Of a DNA stretch of 10,609 bases, positions 6,373-10,609 are shown piece after piece (position 1 is the first letter of the stretch; every line of letters starts with the position of its first letter). Position numbers and translations under genes: made by a program. This DNA is from Candidatus Riflebacteria bacterium HGW-Riflebacteria-2 (GTDB lineage: Bacteria > Muiribacteriota > Ozemobacteria > Ozemobacterales > Ozemobacteraceae): NCBI GenBank assembly GCA_002839435.1, contig PGYA01000016.1:64001-74609 (forward strand). Direction: 5' to 3'. The notes beneath the pieces were generated by a model. It was given only the letters and a program-made list of their open reading frames with translations, was not told the origin of the DNA and did no database searches.

Positions 6373-6405
6373 CTAAAGAGCGCAGGGGTGAACCACGCGA
6401 AACCC
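6373..6405 (-). pseudogene. Orphan 3'-terminal remnant of an FGE-sulfatase-domain gene
   Basis: The 23 nt at 6383-6405 (caggggtgaaccacgcgaaaccc) match 22/23 with the 3' end of the FGE-domain gene (8294-8316, caggggcgaaccacgcgaaaccc). 19 nt also match the internal domain junction at 9399-9417. The minus strand here reads ...HHFGFRVVHPCAL*, against WKGFRVVRP* in the gene. The stop codon is mutated TGA to TGC and only ~14 codons are open upstream. Confidence 0.4.
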
Positions 6406-6416
6406 GAAATGATGAG

Positions 6417-6445
6417 TTGCAGATATTCAATCACCATGTTATTAT
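6417..6445 (+). promoter_or_regulatory. Candidate sigma70-like promoter upstream of the NTase-fold gene
   Basis: TTGCAG-N17-TATTAT at 6417-6445, about 37 nt upstream of the TTG start at 6483. The match is weak and assumes sigma70-type rules. Confidence 0.25.
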
Positions 6446-6482
6446 TAAGTTATACGTAAATACATTGTGGTAATAAATTATT

Positions 6483-7067
6483 TTGAATAGTCTAAGTTGC
6501 GAAAACTTAAAAGAGATTCTGAGTCGTCTCAGCGAATTGATCAGCCTTGAGACAAACCAGTGCTTTGAACTGGTTGTCTGCGGCGGTTCGGCTCTGATAG
6601 CACTTGGTTTGATTGAGCGAACTACGCGTGACATCGATGTTGTCGCTGTTGTAAAAGGCAATTTATTTGCGGACCCCGAACCCTTGCCGGCAGAGATGAT
6701 TAAAGCCGCTGCCAGAATTGCTCAATATTCAGATTTACCGGCTGACTGGTTGAACACGGGGCCTGCCGATATCTTCAGAATGGGGTTGCCAGATGGCTTT
6801 GGCAACAGGCTCGTTACCTGGCATGTCGGCAGGAACCTTGTCATACATTTTATCAGCCGGCTGGATCAGATTCATTTCAAACTCTACGCAGCAGTCGATC
6901 GCGGGGGATATCACATAACAGATCTCATGGCTCTCAACCCATGTGACAATGAAATTCTGCAGGCTGCGAGATGGGCACGAACTCATGATGTCTCTGATGG
7001 TTTCAAAGAAATGCTTGAATTCCTTTTAAAGGAACTGGGTTATGAAAGAATCATTGCTGAATTATAA
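6483..7067 (+). CDS. Minimal nucleotidyltransferase-fold (Pol-beta superfamily) protein; candidate toxin/antitoxin or defence component
   Basis: 194 aa. The NTase signature hG[GS]...D-x-D is present in ELVVCGGSALIALGLIERTTRDIDVVAV. The C-terminal helical part (HFKLYAAVDRGGYHITDLMAL) is typical of small NTase toxin/antitoxin proteins. The only in-frame start near the 5' end is TTG at 6483 and there is no clear RBS. The 3' end overlaps the next gene by 26 nt. Confidence 0.55.
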   Translation: MNSLSCENLKEILSRLSELISLETNQCFELVVCGGSALIALGLIERTTRDIDVVAVVKGNLFADPEPLPAEMIKAAARIAQYSDLPADWLNTGPADIFRMGLPDGFGNRLVTWHVGRNLVIHFISRLDQIHFKLYAAVDRGGYHITDLMALNPCDNEILQAARWARTHDVSDGFKEMLEFLLKELGYERIIAEL

Positions 7068-8076
7068 AAACCAGCTGCTGGAAAAGATGCTAAAACTTCT
7101 CTGGTCGGGCTGGGCACAGCTTGGCGTTGCAGGTTATAAACCAGTCCGCTGGAAAAGGGTTATCGACATCGAAGCCTTGATTCTGACCACATGCTTCTGG
7201 GGAAGATACGATCAACGGCTTTTTGATGAAATGCTGTCCTGGTTGCTGGCAAACGAAAGGTTTGTCAATATTCAGCGGCTCCAGACCATCATAAAAAAAG
7301 AGACTTTTCATGAACCGGGACTTCTTGGGCCAATAAGCCGCAAACTCTGCAGAAAAAATCGTACCCCGAAATGGCGTGGAATAGCAGGAAAACTGGAAAG
7401 ACAGCAGGCAGTATTACAGCCTGAAAAGCTGTTTTTGTTTCCTGATAATAAACCATTGCCTGTTATCGGCGCAGCCGACGATGATTTTGCTGAGTGCGGC
7501 TTTCTGCGACTGCCCTTTATAGATCGTCAGCTGTCGACAGACTTTACAACAGGGGTGGCGGCAACGCTGCAGCTACAGTTGCGGGCTTTTTTCGGAGTAT
7601 GTTCGCGAGCTGAAATCATGCTTGCATTTTTTATCAACAATCAGGCGAGTATAAGTGATATCGCTGCCAGCTCTTATTATTCATGGAAATCTATTCAGGA
7701 AGCTCTTTTTGAAATGTCTCATTCTGGCATTGTGAGCCATCCTGCGTCTAAGCGGGAAAGGCGTTACTATCTTGCCTCAGAAAACTGGACAAAACTGTTT
7801 ATTGGCCAGGAAACGGACTGCCCCGAAAAATTCCACTGGTGCAAATTTTTCAGCGCCATGGAAATTCTCTGGCAAAAGGTCACTAACCCTGCCTTCGGCA
7901 ATTTATCAGAGAAAAGCATGGATATTGAAATTGCAGATCTGGTAAACCAACATCTGCAAAGCCTGTTAACAGCAGCCGACGAAAATTGGCGGGTTTCTTC
8001 TCCCGCAACATCCTGTGAAAACTTCCTTGCAACTTTCTCGGCCTTTATAATCACTCAGCTTAAACAGCTTCAGTAA
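7042..8076 (+). CDS. Hypothetical protein (344 aa) overlapping the NTase-fold gene; putative cognate partner
   Basis: Long open frame with an ATG start (MKESLLNYKNQLLEKML...). Overlaps the preceding gene by 26 nt. GC appears lower than the flanks. I recognise no catalytic motif. Confidence 0.55.
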   Translation: MKESLLNYKNQLLEKMLKLLWSGWAQLGVAGYKPVRWKRVIDIEALILTTCFWGRYDQRLFDEMLSWLLANERFVNIQRLQTIIKKETFHEPGLLGPISRKLCRKNRTPKWRGIAGKLERQQAVLQPEKLFLFPDNKPLPVIGAADDDFAECGFLRLPFIDRQLSTDFTTGVAATLQLQLRAFFGVCSRAEIMLAFFINNQASISDIAASSYYSWKSIQEALFEMSHSGIVSHPASKRERRYYLASENWTKLFIGQETDCPEKFHWCKFFSAMEILWQKVTNPAFGNLSEKSMDIEIADLVNQHLQSLLTAADENWRVSSPATSCENFLATFSAFIITQLKQLQ

Positions 8077-8190
8077 CCTTCTCTCACACAGGCTTCACAG
8101 AAAAAAATGTGCCCGGTGGTAGTCGCGCTGTGAGCGGGAAGCGCTGCGGCTTGCCGCCTTCGCGCAACCCGCTCTCCGCACGCTGTCGCA

Positions 8191-8219
8191 CCCAGCTTCG
8201 GCTTGAGGCCGAAGCCGGG
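8191..8219. terminator. Strong GC-rich hairpin between convergent genes, without a U-tract
   Basis: ccc-a-gcttcggc-ttgag-gccgaagc-c-ggg forms a perfect 8-bp stem (8195-8202 with 8208-8215) plus three outer GC pairs across a 1x1 mismatch. It lies in the 216-bp GC-rich spacer between the plus-strand gene ending at 8076 and the minus-strand gene ending at 8293. Neither side has a T-run, so it is either a non-canonical terminator or another structured element. Confidence 0.3.
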
Positions 8220-8292
8220 AATGGATAATAATGGATCGTCACAGGATATGGTTTATACCTGACCGCACTATGATTGAGAAGCCTGGGTTAAC

Positions 8293-10609
8293 TCAGGGGC
8301 GAACCACGCGAAACCCTTTCCAGTTGGAAGCGGAAGCCATGCCCGCGCTATAACGACTGGGGAAGTAGCTGGGGTTGCTGCCGCCGCTGCCGCCACGACA
8401 GACCCGTCCTGAAGAACCAGTTAAAGCGCCGTGATAGTCATAGACAGTATTGCTTGGGTAGTTTTCAAAAAAGTCCCAGCACCATTCAAATACGTTACCG
8501 CTCATGTCATACAGACCCAGTTCATTCGCCAGTTTTGTTCCAACCGGGTGGGTCTTGAAGCTTGAATTATCACTAGACCAGGCATAATCGCCGACGGTAT
8601 TACTGCTATTGCTGCCAGCAAATGGCTTTGCATAACCAGTTAAATTAACTCCACCGCTCACGGCACCGGGTTGACTGTCCTGGTCAGCGCCCATTGCTGC
8701 CCACATCCATTCCATTTCGGTCGGCAGGCGATAACCATTAGCCGACCAGTTGCAGGTCGCCGCATCCCAGTCGGTATTAGTAGTGGTCGGTATTGCTGCG
8801 TAGGTAAGCGTCGAAAAGTCAACGCTATTAACTTCGTAGACAGGCGTCAGGCCTTCGGCAATACTGAGTTTGTTACAGAACGCGATCGCGCAATACCAGT
8901 TTGTGAATTGCACCGGGTCGGTGACGCCATTTGAAGTCTCTGTCACGCTTGGGTCAGATCCCATAATTGCACTGAACTGCGTTCTGGTAATCTCATGCTG
9001 GCTCATTCTGAAGCCTTTGGTGATTATTGAAATATTCGCCTCATCAGAATCCCGCTGAAACGACCCCGCTGGCACATACTTCAACGTCCCGATAGTTGCA
9101 GATGAGTAGTCACCCCATATCTGCTTGGCAGAGCTGTAAACGGTGCCGCTGTAGCTGTCTTTGCCGGCGGCGGCAACACGAACGTATTTACCGCTAGCTG
9201 TTTTGGCCAGATCAACGACATAAGTATTGGTGGTGACACCTGCAATATCGGCCCAACCGGCCGAACCGTCATCGCTGACCTGCCACTGATAAGTAACGGC
9301 GGCATAACTCGGGGTCAGTGCCCCGGCGGTCAGTGTCTGACCACTCTTTGGCAAACCAGTAATGCCACCAATCTCAGTCACCGGCACAATCACTGAGCGA
9401 ACCACGCGAAACCCGAAGCCGTTGCCCTGGTAGTTCGGGCTGCTCCTGTTACGGAAGGCCACGGTAGCTTTGTCCGCGGCAAAGGCCCAGCTACCGCCGC
9501 GCATCACACGGTCCGAGCCAGTTCCAGCACCACGGTAATCGGAGTTAGAATTCTCGGGGTAAATGTTATACCAGTCCCAGCAGAATTCCCAGGCGTTGCC
9601 ACTCATATCAGAGATGCCAAGTTCATTCGCCTGTTTTGTTCCAGCAGGGTGAGTCTTGCTGCTAGCATTATCAAAATACCATGCATAATCTCCAACTGCC
9701 CCCCCCATGCCCTCGCCAGCATACGCTTTATTGTATCCGGTAGTATTGGTTGCACCAGGATTGCCTGTGTCAGCGCCCATTGCTGCCCACATCCATTCCA
9801 TTTCGGTTGGCAATCGGTAACCATCTGCAGCCCAGTTGCAGGTCGCAGCGTTCCAGGTTGGGTTGTCACTTGTCGGCACTGCACCCCAGACAGACGGATC
9901 GGTTGAGCCGCTGATAGTGTAGACCGGAGTCAGGCCTTCGGCAATGCTCAGTTTGTTACAGAATGCAATCGCATGATACCAGTTAGCCATCTGCACAGGG
10001 TCGGAGACTCCGTTCGAATAGCTTGTATTACTCGGATCAGTACCCATAATCACATTGAACTGAGCCCTGGTTATCTCATGCGCGCTCATGCTGAACGCCG
10101 AAACAAATGATGTGTTTGCCGCGGTTGCGTCACGCTGAAAGGTTCCGGCGGTAACACTTACCATGGTCGGCATTCCCAGAATCTTTTCGGCAGCACTGAA
10201 AACCTCACCACAATAAGACCCATTACCTGTAGCAACAAGCCGGACATATTGCCCTGCAGCTGATTTGGCAGGATCAACTTCATAGCTGGCTGTAACGGCA
10301 CCGGATATATCAAGCCATGCGTTAACGCCATCATTACTTACCTGCCATCTATAATCAACCGTAGCCCCAACAGGAGTTATTTCTCCAGCTGTCAGCGTCT
10401 GCCCGCTCATCGGAATACCCGTAATCGCACCTATTGCGGTCACCGGTTCAGCGGTGGCTGCAAAAACAATTGAGACCAAACCCGAGTTGGCAGCATTGGT
10501 AGAAGTTCCGCCGGCAACTGTAAAGAAGTTTTCAGCAACGCCAGTCAGCGTAAAGCCGGCCTTCGGCGTAAGAGTTACTGTCGCAGTGTAAACTGTGCCT
10601 GCAGCAAAG
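8293..10609 (-). CDS. Large secreted/surface-type protein, 5'-partial (runs off the window end): Big-like segment plus 2 x [Ig-like domain + FGE-sulfatase (SUMF1/EgtB/PvdO-type) domain]
   Basis: The ORF-track start at 10479 is a TTG. The frame stays open to 10609 (…FAAGTVYTATVTLTPKAGFTLTGVAENFFTVAGGTSTNAANSGLVS IVF…), so the true start lies beyond the window. There are two FGE-domain copies with the hallmarks GYRLPTEMEWMWAAMGAD, DMSGN(A/V)(W/F)E(F/W)CWD, RGGS and GFRVVR. Each is preceded by an Ig-like module (ITG(I/L)P(M/K)SGQTLTAG...Y(R/Q)WQVS(N/D)DG). Confidence 0.85.
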   Translation of the reverse strand, partial: FAAGTVYTATVTLTPKAGFTLTGVAENFFTVAGGTSTNAANSGLVSIVFAATAEPVTAIGAITGIPMSGQTLTAGEITPVGATVDYRWQVSNDGVNAWLDISGAVTASYEVDPAKSAAGQYVRLVATGNGSYCGEVFSAAEKILGMPTMVSVTAGTFQRDATAANTSFVSAFSMSAHEITRAQFNVIMGTDPSNTSYSNGVSDPVQMANWYHAIAFCNKLSIAEGLTPVYTISGSTDPSVWGAVPTSDNPTWNAATCNWAADGYRLPTEMEWMWAAMGADTGNPGATNTTGYNKAYAGEGMGGAVGDYAWYFDNASSKTHPAGTKQANELGISDMSGNAWEFCWDWYNIYPENSNSDYRGAGTGSDRVMRGGSWAFAADKATVAFRNRSSPNYQGNGFGFRVVRSVIVPVTEIGGITGLPKSGQTLTAGALTPSYAAVTYQWQVSDDGSAGWADIAGVTTNTYVVDLAKTASGKYVRVAAAGKDSYSGTVYSSAKQIWGDYSSATIGTLKYVPAGSFQRDSDEANISIITKGFRMSQHEITRTQFSAIMGSDPSVTETSNGVTDPVQFTNWYCAIAFCNKLSIAEGLTPVYEVNSVDFSTLTYAAIPTTTNTDWDAATCNWSANGYRLPTEMEWMWAAMGADQDSQPGAVSGGVNLTGYAKPFAGSNSSNTVGDYAWSSDNSSFKTHPVGTKLANELGLYDMSGNVFEWCWDFFENYPSNTVYDYHGALTGSSGRVCRGGSGGSNPSYFPSRYSAGMASASNWKGFRVVRP
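8296..9393 (-). repeat. Tandem duplication unit B (Ig-like + FGE domain, residues 363-728 of the visible ORF)
   Basis: Copy offset from unit A is about 1.09 kb. Long near-identical nucleotide runs support this, e.g. 8689-8721 and 9777-9809 (gcccattgctgcccacatccattccatttcggt), and 8850-8880 against 9939-9969. Confidence 0.7.
9394..10452 (-). repeat. Tandem duplication unit A (Ig-like + FGE domain, residues ~11-362 of the visible ORF)
   Basis: The two units are colinear at the protein level and match at most positions, with long identical blocks such as LTPVY, CNKLSIAEGLTPVY, GYRLPTEMEWMWAAMGAD and KTHP(A/V)GTK(Q/L)ANELG. The unit boundary falls exactly after GFRVVRS. Confidence 0.7.

Noticed and set aside
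6431-6661. 76-aa minus-strand ORF overlapping the start of the NTase-fold gene
   Set aside because: It is antisense to the NTase gene 5' end and runs into the promoter region. Its sequence is low in complexity (MPFTTATTSMSRVV...) with no support.
6735-8054. Minus-strand ORFs 6735-6986, 7090-7311 and 7767-8054 inside the NTase/344-aa gene pair
   Set aside because: These are antisense shadows within longer plus-strand frames that have better start context, and they carry no motifs.
8100-8290. Possible CRISPR array or tRNA in the GC-rich spacer between convergent genes
   Set aside because: The region has no direct repeats of 25-40 nt at regular spacing. There is no cloverleaf-compatible arrangement (no conserved GTTC / T-loop at the appropriate distance from an acceptor stem). 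Only isolated hairpins are present.
8671-9906. ORFs 8671-8934 +, 8870-9058 +, 9081-9305 - and 9603-9884 -, plus 9649-9906 +, inside the FGE-domain gene
   Set aside because: They are off-frame or antisense to the strongly supported FGE-domain frame. Two of them (8671-8934 and 9649-9906) are simply the antisense reading of the two duplicated units and share the same artefactual peptide, HCCPHPFHFG.
8293-10479. Treating 10479 (ORF-track start) as the true start of the FGE-domain protein
   Set aside because: The codon at 10479 is TTG and the frame remains open upstream to the window edge. That upstream stretch is a Big-like beta-rich segment (TVYTATVTLTPKAGFTLTGVAENFFTVAGG) and is clearly still coding, so the gene is 5'-partial in this window.

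Overview
This 10.6 kb window is about 55% GC and contains eleven coding regions in five blocks. (1) At the left edge, the last ~44 codons of a glycan-processing-like protein (NEWTEG motif) end in a TGATG stop/start overlap with a 297-aa radical SAM protein that has a cysteine-rich SPASM/twitch-like C-terminus. (2) A two-gene operon on the minus strand encodes an exported L,D-transpeptidase with SH3b domains and a secreted TPR-repeat protein. (3) A tightly coupled three-gene operon on the minus strand encodes a ParB/Srx-like nuclease-domain protein, a spore-photoproduct-lyase (SplB)-family radical SAM protein and a short MTA/SAH-nucleosidase (futalosine-hydrolase-like) protein. Gene junctions are a 2-nt spacer and an ATGA overlap. 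I consider this the best candidate for an undescribed DNA-directed radical SAM system with a built-in 5'-deoxyadenosine scavenger. (4) A 627-bp AT-rich intergenic region follows. It holds a canonical orphan plus-strand intrinsic terminator, a 23-nt near-perfect copy of the 3' end of the FGE-domain gene located 1.9 kb away, and promoter-like elements. Downstream of it is a low-GC, overlapping gene pair encoding a minimal nucleotidyltransferase-fold protein with a TTG start and a 344-aa unknown protein, which looks like a toxin-antitoxin or defence module. (5) A large 5'-truncated surface-type protein (more than 771 aa, running off the window end) is built from an internal tandem duplication of an Ig-like domain plus a formylglycine-generating-enzyme (FGE-sulfatase) domain. 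Both FGE copies lack the catalytic Cys pair. I saw no tRNA, rRNA, CRISPR array or intact transposase. All assignments come from reading motifs in the supplied translations by eye; no database search was possible.
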